Part shown: piece after piece, positions 38,121-46,742 of the stretch
How positions within the stretch are numbered: position 1 is the stretch's first letter
Layout: the number at the start of each line of letters is the position of its first letter
From: a virus
Lineage: Duplodnaviria > Heunggongvirae > Uroviricota > Caudoviricetes
Strand: one strand, 5' to 3'
Virus record (IMG/VR): IMGVR_UViG_3300012983_000032
Coordinates: 29,793 to 93,792 of that record
DNA length: 64,000 bases
The notes under the pieces: generated by a model
The model's input: the letters and a program-made list of their open reading frames with translations, nothing else
Database searches by the model: none
Told to the model about the DNA's origin: nothing
Program-made: the position numbers and the translations under genes

Positions 38121-39113
38121 ATGCTAACAATTATCTCCTTATTTTGCGATAAGGATTATCAATACATACCTTCACTACTTAATAACTTTAATGAAAAAGT
38201 TAAATGTGATAGTGAGTTTATTTTAGTAGATAATCGTGAAGAAAATAAAAATATATCTATCCCAGAAATAGGTATATTTTTTAATACCCATAAAGGTAAA
38301 GTCTTAACCAAGGGTAAGAATCTAGGGATTCTACTTGCAAAAAAATTTGCAGTTGAAAATGCTAATGGGAAATATGTTTGGTTTATAGACGACGATGACT
38401 GGATATATGAAACTATAAGCCCTTTATTATTATCAGAATGTAAAGGAGACCTTATAGCATTTAATTTATGGTATGCCGAGGGGCATTTAAAAAGACTTTA
38501 TCGTGGTAATCATGTTCTAAATAAACGTTTTATTGTAGATAAAAATATTTTTAAAAATAAAAATTATTTAAACACTATCCTACCTACTACCTGGAACAAA
38601 TGGTATAAACGAAGTATTATAAAAGATATATATTCTCAAATAAAAGAAGATATATGGATAACTTGTAATGAAGACTTTTTCTTAAATTTAAATACATTAA
38701 ATACTATAAATTCAGTTCAAGAAATACCATTGAATATTTATGTAAATGACGCTTCTAGGGCTATTTCTAATGGGGAAATTAGAAATATAAATAATTTTCA
38801 TTTACTTCTTAAAGGGTATAATGATTCCTTAAAACTTCTTAATAGTTGTAATTTACCGTCCTCATTATATAATGCTTCCGAAAAAATAGAGTATGATATA
38901 AAGTTTTATTTAGGAAGAGTAACTATGTCAGACCCCACTTTATGGGATAGTGAGTTAGATACTTTAATTAACGTATTCCCTAATAATATATTACAGAAAG
39001 TTGCAGAATATTTGACAGTTGATTTCTTTATTGAGAAAGGAATAAAAATTAATCCTAATAATTTTCCTATGGTTAGAATATTACTTTTTAAGAGACTCTG
39101 TCTAAAAAAATAA
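38121..39113 (+). CDS. Family-2 glycosyltransferase; paralog of 17426..18454
   Basis: ISLFCDKDYQYIPSLLNNF...FILVDNREENKN, and DXD motif YVWFIDDDDWI. Confidence 0.5.
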   Translation: MLTIISLFCDKDYQYIPSLLNNFNEKVKCDSEFILVDNREENKNISIPEIGIFFNTHKGKVLTKGKNLGILLAKKFAVENANGKYVWFIDDDDWIYETISPLLLSECKGDLIAFNLWYAEGHLKRLYRGNHVLNKRFIVDKNIFKNKNYLNTILPTTWNKWYKRSIIKDIYSQIKEDIWITCNEDFFLNLNTLNTINSVQEIPLNIYVNDASRAISNGEIRNINNFHLLLKGYNDSLKLLNSCNLPSSLYNASEKIEYDIKFYLGRVTMSDPTLWDSELDTLINVFPNNILQKVAEYLTVDFFIEKGIKINPNNFPMVRILLFKRLCLKK

Positions 39114-39143
39114 CCCCTACTTTTCCGTAGGGGTTTAATATTT
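39104..39143. terminator. Bidirectional terminator between convergent genes
   Basis: cccctacttttccgtagggg flanked by A-runs and T-runs. Confidence 0.6.
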
Positions 39144-39144
39144 A

Positions 39145-40941
39145 TTAACCTGTAGCCAAAACTTTAATCAAGTCTTCAATGAATTTACCTCTAACCTTAC
39201 TTTCTATAATTGGACGATTAGTAGGTACAGTTGGGTCAATTCCTTCTTTAGCCCAAAGTTTATTTACTCTGATAAGGAACTTGTTAGTAATAACATTTAA
39301 TAGACGGAAGTCTAAGTGTGCCTTAATATTTACTGCCCAGTTCTTATATTTTGTAGTCCCTAAAAGAAGAATCTTGAATAATGCAAATGCCTCATATTTA
39401 CACCACTCAATAACTTCGGCAGCATTAGAAGATTCAATACCAATTTTCATATCATCTAAAATCTGTTCTGCACGGCAGAGATATTCCAACATAGTTAATC
39501 TTAATTCAGATTTTTCACATCTTGAAAGAACTGCTTGGTCTACTTCTGAAAGTGCAAGGTTTGTTACGAATATAATAGAAGAGTCAAACTCCCATTTATT
39601 TTGAATAACGTACTCTACTGCCTCTCCGTCAGTCATAGGGATATCTTCCTGCATATCACTTCTTTCAAATCCTTTACTTATTTCATTTTCAAGGTCATCG
39701 GCTCGCTGATTAAGAATCTGTGCTTCACGGATTGCCTGGATATTTCCATACTCACCAAATCTATTTATAAGTTTTCTAGGTTTATTTGTTTCATTAAGTT
39801 TATTATAACCAAATGCTTTACCAAGTTCTACGGCTTCTTCAAAAGAAACATTAAAATCAAAGTTTTCACCATTTGCAGTAACACTACAAATACCCTCAGC
39901 AAGTCTATCTGTATTTACTTCAATTATACTTTCTTTCTTCTTATCACTAAATTCTTTTTTCAAAGAGTTATTTGCATTATCCAAAATAGTTGGTGAAACA
40001 CTGATAGGTAATTGTGGTCCAACAAGTGCTTTAAGGAAGTTCTGAATATCCTTATTTGTACTAACAACGAATCCATCACAGTCGTCAAGAAGAATAAGTT
40101 TATTATGACGATTCTTGTAAAAGAATAAAAGTAATGGAGTAAATGAAGAACCAATAGAACCTGACTCTTTAACTACTGTTGGTAATATTGTATGTCTTCT
40201 ATTTGGAGTCCATACTTCTTGACCGTCTTGAATTGCCCTATTTACAGTTGTTGTTTTACCACATCCTGCCTCTCCACAAATAATTGCATGTCTATTTACA
40301 GACTTTTCACAAGCAATAACATATACGGCGTCATATACTTCCTCATATTTATCTGATACTGACTCTTCAACGGATTTTGTTCTGTTATTAATATTATTCA
40401 TTACAGTAAAGATTTCAGACTCAATTTTATCAGAAGATTGTTCTGCGTTAAAGTCAGGGCGGCTATCAGCAGTTAAAACTTCACCTGTTTTTTCATCACG
40501 CTTTTCACCAGTTAAGGCATAAACGTTTTTACCATATGCACCCTCTTTATATAATTTAATCTCTTCTGTATATGTAGGGCGAGAAATATTTACAGAGTCA
40601 TTATATCCTCTATTATTAAAGTCATCATAACTTCTTATTTCAGGGTTATCTTTTGTGTCAATTAAATATCTGGTAATTGCTTGTCTAGTACCTTTTGCCT
40701 CTAAAAGTTTATAAAGTCCTGTAATAGCTTCTTTACTTTCATACATATCCTCTATTTTAGTTTTAATTAAACTAGGGTCTTCGTGAAACTGCAAAAAAGG
40801 TGGTAAAGTAGACTGGTCTACTTTTTTAATAGTATCTGCAAGAGTAGCAGTGGATTCCTGTGTATCTGTTTCAGGATTTTCTACTATTTCTTCCGAAATA
40901 GGTGCCTGAATTTCTGTATTTTCTAATTCTTCATTTTCCAT
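39145..40941 (-). CDS. P-loop NTPase, AAA-like
   Basis: Walker A GEAGCGKTT, Walker B LILLDDCDG. Acidic N-terminal region. Confidence 0.5.
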   Translation of the reverse strand: MENEELENTEIQAPISEEIVENPETDTQESTATLADTIKKVDQSTLPPFLQFHEDPSLIKTKIEDMYESKEAITGLYKLLEAKGTRQAITRYLIDTKDNPEIRSYDDFNNRGYNDSVNISRPTYTEEIKLYKEGAYGKNVYALTGEKRDEKTGEVLTADSRPDFNAEQSSDKIESEIFTVMNNINNRTKSVEESVSDKYEEVYDAVYVIACEKSVNRHAIICGEAGCGKTTTVNRAIQDGQEVWTPNRRHTILPTVVKESGSIGSSFTPLLLFFYKNRHNKLILLDDCDGFVVSTNKDIQNFLKALVGPQLPISVSPTILDNANNSLKKEFSDKKKESIIEVNTDRLAEGICSVTANGENFDFNVSFEEAVELGKAFGYNKLNETNKPRKLINRFGEYGNIQAIREAQILNQRADDLENEISKGFERSDMQEDIPMTDGEAVEYVIQNKWEFDSSIIFVTNLALSEVDQAVLSRCEKSELRLTMLEYLCRAEQILDDMKIGIESSNAAEVIEWCKYEAFALFKILLLGTTKYKNWAVNIKAHLDFRLLNVITNKFLIRVNKLWAKEGIDPTVPTNRPIIESKVRGKFIEDLIKVLATG

Positions 40942-40981
40942 AATAAATTAGTGGATTAATGGTTAATTTATAGATTCATTT

Positions 40982-40990
40982 GTTAATATA
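40982..40990 (+). promoter_or_regulatory. TTGTTAATATA promoter, 19 nt before ATG 41009
   Basis: motif plus RBS TGGAGGA. Confidence 0.5.
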
Positions 40991-41008
40991 TTTGTATGAG
41001 TATTTTAA

Positions 41009-41620
41009 ATGGAGGATATATTGAAAAAGATATTTATTTTATTTTTTGTATTATTCATATCTACAGTTAATCTACACTCAATAGTTGTTGTTCCAACAAC
41101 GTCACATCATCATTTTGGTGAAGTAGTTTTTGTTGAATCACATTATAAGTCAGACTTTGTTTTTATAGGAAGTGAAAAAGAGTTTGCTAAGAAGAATTTG
41201 ATAAATGCAGTTACAAATACAAAGTATGATTCCCATTACGTAGATAATTATTCAAACGAGCCACTTTATTATAGGGAAGTAGAAAGTTTATACAAATACT
41301 CCGGTTGTGGTCATTGTTTTACTGCTATTCGTGTAGAAATATTAGATGAAAAAGTAAGTGATGAAGGCGCATATAAATGGGATAGAAAACACAGTAAGCA
41401 TTGGTATCAAAATTATAACTGGGAAACAGACGAGTATGAATTAAATGGATTATTTGGTCTATTTTGTGGATTTATTTTAATTATGGTTAGTGTAGTATTT
41501 GGTGTAATTGGAATAATTTATGAAGAAAAACACTCAACACCTTCAGTAGAATATAACTATAATTATGAAAAAGGACAATATGACATAATAAACTACTTGA
41601 AAGAAGAAGGAGTAAAATAG
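41009..41620 (+). CDS. Membrane protein with N- and C-terminal TM helices
   Basis: IFILFFVLFISTV and LFGLFCGFILIMVSVVFGVIGII. Confidence 0.4.
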   Translation: MEDILKKIFILFFVLFISTVNLHSIVVVPTTSHHHFGEVVFVESHYKSDFVFIGSEKEFAKKNLINAVTNTKYDSHYVDNYSNEPLYYREVESLYKYSGCGHCFTAIRVEILDEKVSDEGAYKWDRKHSKHWYQNYNWETDEYELNGLFGLFCGFILIMVSVVFGVIGIIYEEKHSTPSVEYNYNYEKGQYDIINYLKEEGVK

Positions 41621-42040
41621 ATGAATATTTTTAATAATATCTCAAAAAGTAATGACTTTGATATTGATGAACTTAAAATAAAGTTTGAACGAGGTTATAC
41701 TATTCAGATTTGGGAAGACTATGACGCTGGTGAGGACTCTTATGAGGACAAACATACAGGTCATTGGGAAGACTGTGAAAATCCTACATGGGAAACAGAT
41801 AGAAAATATCGTGTAAAGCCTAATGAAGAAGGTTATCTTTCACCAAAAGAAAAAGAAATGTATAAAAATGCTGTTAATAAGTTGTATAAGAAAACAGGCA
41901 TTTCACTTTATGATAAACACGACTTTGATAAAGACTTTGAAAATTGGTGGCAGAAAGCAATTACAACCTACACTATGCCACCCAACGTAAATAAACATTG
42001 GTGCAAAATGGCATATATGGCTGCACTAGGCATTGAATAA
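41621..42040 (+). CDS. Hypothetical protein
   Basis: ORF with RBS GAAGGAG. Confidence 0.35.
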   Translation: MNIFNNISKSNDFDIDELKIKFERGYTIQIWEDYDAGEDSYEDKHTGHWEDCENPTWETDRKYRVKPNEEGYLSPKEKEMYKNAVNKLYKKTGISLYDKHDFDKDFENWWQKAITTYTMPPNVNKHWCKMAYMAALGIE

Positions 42041-42061
42041 AAGTCAGAGGAGAAAAAAGGA

Positions 42062-42238
42062 TGAATGACTATATTCCCAATAAAGAACTAGAACAAACTG
42101 CACTCCATTTTATCTTTAATTATAACAAGTCAGGTAAATGTTTGACTGATGAAGAGTTTCTTGTATATTTTGTGCAAGAAAATAAAGAAGCGATTATGAA
42201 GTTTTATAGAGGCGAAAATGAGGATAGAGGAATATAAA
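42062..42238 (+). CDS. Possible 58-aa ORF, not in the track
   Basis: RBS GGAGAAAAAAGG then ATG. Sequence MNDYIPNKELEQ... Confidence 0.2.
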
Positions 42239-42487
42239 TCAAGAAACGGATGTTTGAATGGTCAAGTTACTATTCACTTTAGTGAAAGTGAAATTGGGAT
42301 TATTGATAATGCTCTTTTTGAGGTGTCAAAACTACCTGCATATAGAGAAGATAATGATTTCTTAGAAGTTCAAAATTATTTTCACATAATTCGAGAAATT
42401 GTAAATCACGGATTTCTTTCTAATGACGAAATTCTGTCTGCTGCAAAAAGGATAGCAATTTTTAGAGAAAGAAAGTTGGAGCAATAA
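42218..42487 (+). CDS. Hypothetical protein
   Basis: ORF. Confidence 0.3.
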   Translation: MRIEEYKSRNGCLNGQVTIHFSESEIGIIDNALFEVSKLPAYREDNDFLEVQNYFHIIREIVNHGFLSNDEILSAAKRIAIFRERKLEQ

Positions 42488-42772
42488 ATGGGTAAAGTTT
42501 GGTTTGACCCTAAGAAAGGGGAGTTTCCAAAAATAAAAGAAGGCTCATATGGTGTTGATAAATGGATAGAATATCAACAAGAAGATATTTACCAAATTCC
42601 GATAGACGAACATTTTTATATAACAGTTTACGCATTATTGGAAGACCCTAGTACGCCTGTAATAGTATTTTATGACGATAACGGTAAGTTTACAGATTAT
42701 GATAAAATAGACGTTACAGATATGATACTCCGTTGGAGATATTTACCTAAACCACCAAAGGACGTGTTATGA
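42488..42772 (+). CDS. Hypothetical protein
   Basis: ORF. Confidence 0.3.
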   Translation: MGKVWFDPKKGEFPKIKEGSYGVDKWIEYQQEDIYQIPIDEHFYITVYALLEDPSTPVIVFYDDNGKFTDYDKIDVTDMILRWRYLPKPPKDVL

Positions 42773-43149
42773 ATAAAACCGATATTGAGAAAGAAGTAAA
42801 ATATATTCATGAACAATATGAAAAAGAAAATGGTAAATTTATAAAACCTTCTTTTAGATATTTACTTGAAGTTTTATCTTGCTTTGGTGGTCACGACGGA
42901 GATTATTATGTTTCAAATGACCTTGCGGAAATTCAGTCTAAAGCATTAGACTTTACCAGATTTGGTGATAAGGTTGTTATTTTTGAAGTTATTTCTACAA
43001 AAGATGGGTATGTTGGAGAAGATAGATATGAAACAACTTTTGAAGGAAAAATATTAAAAGAGGTACATAGACCTGTATATTCTCGTCCTATGCACATAGC
43101 ATGGCATACTAGGGGAGAATGTTTAAATGAAATTTGCCGTACTAATTGA
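42769..43149 (+). CDS. Hypothetical protein
   Basis: ORF overlapping the previous stop. Confidence 0.3.
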   Translation: MNKTDIEKEVKYIHEQYEKENGKFIKPSFRYLLEVLSCFGGHDGDYYVSNDLAEIQSKALDFTRFGDKVVIFEVISTKDGYVGEDRYETTFEGKILKEVHRPVYSRPMHIAWHTRGECLNEICRTN

Positions 43150-43151
43150 CT

Positions 43152-43667
43152 ATGGTAGATAGTACATACACAAAAATATTTGAGCAGATTTACAAATCCA
43201 CACACTTAAAAGAAGAAGATGCATTATCTCTTGTAATGGACGCGAAAAATACTTTTCTAGATATAAAATCTGTAGAAGAAGATAAAAGATGGGATTGGAT
43301 AACAGATAGAATTACAAATGAACTACGAGATAGAGATGTTCAGAGATTGGGGTATTTAGAGGGTCAAACTTGGAAAGAATTTTTTAATCAAATAGATTTT
43401 TATTTAAGAAGAGAAAGTATAAATAATATTGAATTTTTCAGATATTTAATTGAAAGATATAAACGAGCTTTATGGGGTCTAGAGGATATAAAAGACCAAA
43501 ATGGTATTTCCTTAAAAGATTATGTAAAAATAATCTGTAAAGAAAAAGGTAATAATTCATTAGACAACTATTTTCAACAAATGGAAGTAAAAGGACAGCA
43601 TGGAATAGGTAATGTAGACGTAAAAAACGCACTTGCTGAGTTTGAAGTGTCTAGAAGAAATTCTTAA
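43152..43667 (+). CDS. Hypothetical protein; paralog of 9923..10558
   Basis: MVDSTYTKIFEQIYK N-terminus. Confidence 0.4.
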   Translation: MVDSTYTKIFEQIYKSTHLKEEDALSLVMDAKNTFLDIKSVEEDKRWDWITDRITNELRDRDVQRLGYLEGQTWKEFFNQIDFYLRRESINNIEFFRYLIERYKRALWGLEDIKDQNGISLKDYVKIICKEKGNNSLDNYFQQMEVKGQHGIGNVDVKNALAEFEVSRRNS

Positions 43668-44130
43668 GTTTTTCTTTTTCTGATTTTAATACTCTCAGTA
43701 AAGTTTCTTTATTACCATTAATATCGTCTGTATTTGTAATATCCTCATCTTGTAAATAACCTAATAGATAATTAGCCAACTTACGTTCTGTCTTGAAATC
43801 TTTAACAGTAAAATTTTTAATATTGGGGTAGTCTATATCAATTTTCCAAGGTGTTTTAGTTTCTAAACCTTTAATATAAAGAACTCTTCTATTAACATTT
43901 GAATTCGGAAATAGGTTCTCATTTAATTCGTATATAATATTGAGAATTTCTTTATCTTCAAAAACAGGAATAAAAATAGTATTATTCTCTTTTAGAATTT
44001 TATATGATTCTGATACAGATATTGTTTTAATATTTGAAGGAATTACTTCATCATAATGATATAAGTAACCATAAGAGTTTCTACGAATCTCGACTTTATA
44101 TTTCTTATCTAATTCTTCAAAATTAAGCAT
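43651..44130 (-). CDS. Hypothetical protein; distant paralog of 10555..10899
   Basis: Convergent and overlapping with 43152..43667. Has the identical promoter and 5' UTR. Confidence 0.4.
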   Translation of the reverse strand: MLNFEELDKKYKVEIRRNSYGYLYHYDEVIPSNIKTISVSESYKILKENNTIFIPVFEDKEILNIIYELNENLFPNSNVNRRVLYIKGLETKTPWKIDIDYPNIKNFTVKDFKTERKLANYLLGYLQDEDITNTDDINGNKETLLRVLKSEKEKLKNFF

Positions 44131-44144
44131 ATATTACCCCCAAT

Positions 44145-44192
44145 TTTATCTAATATTATATTAACATATTTATAAGATTTTACTAAAACTAT
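44145..44192 (-). repeat. Second copy of the 48-nt promoter/5' UTR element
   Basis: See 10905..10952. Confidence 0.8.
44167..44176 (-). promoter_or_regulatory. GTGTTAATATA promoter, second copy of the 48-nt element
   Basis: Identical to 10905-10952 except for one mismatch. Confidence 0.5.
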
Positions 44193-44204
44193 TACTAAAT
44201 TTTT

Positions 44205-44954
44205 ATGAAAATTAAATTTGAAAAATTGTTAACCACAGACGGTAAAGTTTATGTAGACTTTGGTGAAGGGTATCAGTCTTATAATGTTGCAGATATTAAA
44301 GACTCTGGTATTGAAATTCCTACTTCTTGTGAAGACTATTCTAATATCTTGATAAAAGGTAATACAAAAATCTTAAAAAATCTTGATATGATTAAAAAAA
44401 TAGAATTTTCTAGTTTTACTGAAATTGACTATCCATCTTCTGCAGACTCGATATCTAGGATTCTTAATAATTTATCAATTGAGGAGATAAAGGAGGCTTG
44501 TAAAAACGGTAAAAAACTCAATTTCATTATTAATCATAATTATACATATTTTGATTGGTTACCAAAAAACAAGATATTACTTTATTTTGATATTCCAATA
44601 GAGGTTGTTGAAAATGCAGTTCGTTATAATTCAAGTTCAGATTTAAGTTCAACAATAAACACTACTGCACTTTTTATTGGAAATCCATTTCTTGCAGGAA
44701 TAGAGGGGTATGAAGATAATGGCTGTGACCTTTTTGGGGTTGTTTTTCCCGATAGAGAAAATAAATATTTCTCATATACATATCCTTTAGTAAGTCCTAT
44801 ATATACACAGGCAGAACTAGAAAGGTCTTTATGTGGTAAAATAAGGTATAATGGTATAATCCATACAATGGATAATACCTTAAATTCCGTATATCTTGAC
44901 GATTTATCAGCAAATTATTCTCTTGGGGATGATAAAATAGTTTTCATAAAGTAG
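44205..44954 (+). CDS. Hypothetical protein
   Basis: ORF followed by a bidirectional terminator at 45060-45077. Confidence 0.35.
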   Translation: MKIKFEKLLTTDGKVYVDFGEGYQSYNVADIKDSGIEIPTSCEDYSNILIKGNTKILKNLDMIKKIEFSSFTEIDYPSSADSISRILNNLSIEEIKEACKNGKKLNFIINHNYTYFDWLPKNKILLYFDIPIEVVENAVRYNSSSDLSSTINTTALFIGNPFLAGIEGYEDNGCDLFGVVFPDRENKYFSYTYPLVSPIYTQAELERSLCGKIRYNGIIHTMDNTLNSVYLDDLSANYSLGDDKIVFIK

Positions 44955-45049
44955 TATAAATGTAGTTATAGTATGGTGGGATTTAAACAATTTGACAAAA
45001 GACTTTATAAGAAATTCTTAAAAAACAACACTATTTACTGACAGAGCTA

Positions 45050-45084
45050 AAACAAAAAAGGTCGGTTTACACCGACCTTTTTCT
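45050..45084. terminator. Bidirectional terminator
   Basis: ggtcggtttacaccgacc then TTTTTC; A-run upstream. Confidence 0.65.
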
Positions 45085-45103
45085 ATTTGACTAGAATATC
45101 AAA

Positions 45104-46531
45104 TTAAAGTCCGTTACCAGACTTTACGAAGTTGTGCCAGTTAAAAGCACCCGTTTCGTCAAGAGATTCTTGAACTTTTTTTGTTACAGGGTCTTCTTCT
45201 TTAGCTGGTTCTTGAGATTCTTCGATATTGCCTAACTTCTTTTCCATACTTACATCAGCAATTTTTTCTGTTGGCCATTGGTCAGCAGGTTTCATTTCTT
45301 TTGCAGCTGGTCCAGTTGCAGTACCTTTTAACAAAGCGTTTGTAGAAGGAATCTTAACCAATTCTTCTGAAGGGTTAGATTTGTCTACATGGAAGTCCTG
45401 TTTTTCGAGGTTCTTATTTTTTGCAATAGCATCTGCTTCAGCAGTTGTACCATCTACAAAATATTTACCTTCTTCAAGTTTTGCAGCTCTTTCTTCAAGT
45501 CTTGCTTGAATTTTTGCAATAGAATCTTCAGATTCAGGTAAAGGTTGTGCAGCGTTAGGGTCAACAACAGCATTAGGGTCAGCAACACCAGTTGTAGCTG
45601 GAACACCTGCATTAGGGTCTGCACCTAAGTCAAGTGGAGACTGAATACCTGCCTCTGCAGCCAAAGTGTCTACTGACTGTTTAATTGCAGCGATTTCATC
45701 TACAATGTTCTGTGGAAGAGGAGTTGCAGCAGGGTCACCAGCAACTGCACCAAAGTCTTGAACACCAGCATCTGCAGCCTGAACTGCTGCACCAGCATTT
45801 TGAACTGCTGCACCTGCGTCCATCATATCACCTTCGATAAGGTGAACTCTTGCTTCACGACAAAGTTTTTTTGCTTCTTCAAGTTTAGAAGTAATATCTT
45901 CTTTCTTCAAGTCTTGCTTAATTGCAATCTTTTCAAGGTCAGAAACTTCTGGATTATCAGGACGGTTAGCTTTTTTCCATTCTGAGAACTTTTCAACTGC
46001 TTCATTGAATCTCTTTTCTTCTGCTGAAATTTCTGTTTTAGCTTCTTCTTTAGCAGGTTCTTTAGATTCATCTAATTTATTTCCTTTTTTCAATTCAATG
46101 AAACTTTCTTTCAACATTTTCTTTTCGTCTTCGTTCAAAGAAGTAGATTTTCTATGAGCTTCTTTGAAGTTCTTATATGTTGCAACAAATTCCTTGAATT
46201 CAGCAGCCAAAGTGTTCTTTTCTTCTACCATCTTCATTCCAAGTTTAGCACGGATTTTGTTTTCTTGTTTAATAGTAAGTGGAGAATCATCGTGTTTTAC
46301 GTTCTTTTTCCATTCCAAGAACTTAGCTTTTGCAGCTTCAAATTTAGCATCAACGTCATTAGTTTTTTTAGACTCTACAAGTCTTCCCTTTTTAACTAAA
46401 GCTTCATAAGCCTCACGAATTTCTTTAACTTCACTAACGTCAAGTTTTGCTTTACCGTCTTTACTTGTACTTTTTTTCCAAGTTTTGTATTCCTCTACAA
46501 ATTCAGAAAATTTTAATCCTTTCTTTTGCAT
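45104..46531 (-). CDS. Repeat-containing Lys/Glu-rich protein with an internal Ala/Pro/Asp-rich GC-rich segment. Possible virion or scaffold protein.
   Basis: Three KF(S/K)EFV..YK.(W/F)K(K/E) repeats and a central AGAAVQNAGAAVQAADAGVQ...ADPNAVVDPNAAQP stretch. Confidence 0.4.
   Translation of the reverse strand: MQKKGLKFSEFVEEYKTWKKSTSKDGKAKLDVSEVKEIREAYEALVKKGRLVESKKTNDVDAKFEAAKAKFLEWKKNVKHDDSPLTIKQENKIRAKLGMKMVEEKNTLAAEFKEFVATYKNFKEAHRKSTSLNEDEKKMLKESFIELKKGNKLDESKEPAKEEAKTEISAEEKRFNEAVEKFSEWKKANRPDNPEVSDLEKIAIKQDLKKEDITSKLEEAKKLCREARVHLIEGDMMDAGAAVQNAGAAVQAADAGVQDFGAVAGDPAATPLPQNIVDEIAAIKQSVDTLAAEAGIQSPLDLGADPNAGVPATTGVADPNAVVDPNAAQPLPESEDSIAKIQARLEERAAKLEEGKYFVDGTTAEADAIAKNKNLEKQDFHVDKSNPSEELVKIPSTNALLKGTATGPAAKEMKPADQWPTEKIADVSMEKKLGNIEESQEPAKEEDPVTKKVQESLDETGAFNWHNFVKSGNGL
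45540..45830 (-). repeat. GC-rich imperfect tandem repeats (gcattagggtc[at]gca units) inside the CDS, encoding ADPNA/AGAAVQ repeats
   Basis: Local GC content far above the phage background, with repeated nucleotide and peptide units. Confidence 0.5.
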
Positions 46532-46727
46532 ATTGTTTATATGCTCCTTATGAATAAATCTTACACTTTACCCCATTGCCCTACTTTAAATTTAGGTATA
46601 TTTGTTTTAGGTATAATTTTCATAGTTTCCTATGAAGGACAGTCGTAGGTGCCCAAAATAGTTTATTGCCTAACAGACAATTATATTATAATTAGTATAA
46701 TTTTTGAAAAAACACTATATCTATTCT

Positions 46728-46736
46728 GTTAATATT
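46728..46736 (+). promoter_or_regulatory. Variant GTTAATATT box 7 nt before helicase ATG 46743 (leaderless configuration)
   Basis: Variant motif, no SD. Confidence 0.3.
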
Positions 46737-46742
46737 TATTAT

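Noticed and set aside
46154-46409. Plus-strand 81-aa ORFs inside the repeat-protein gene
   Set aside because: They lie antisense to a long supported ORF, with no start signals.
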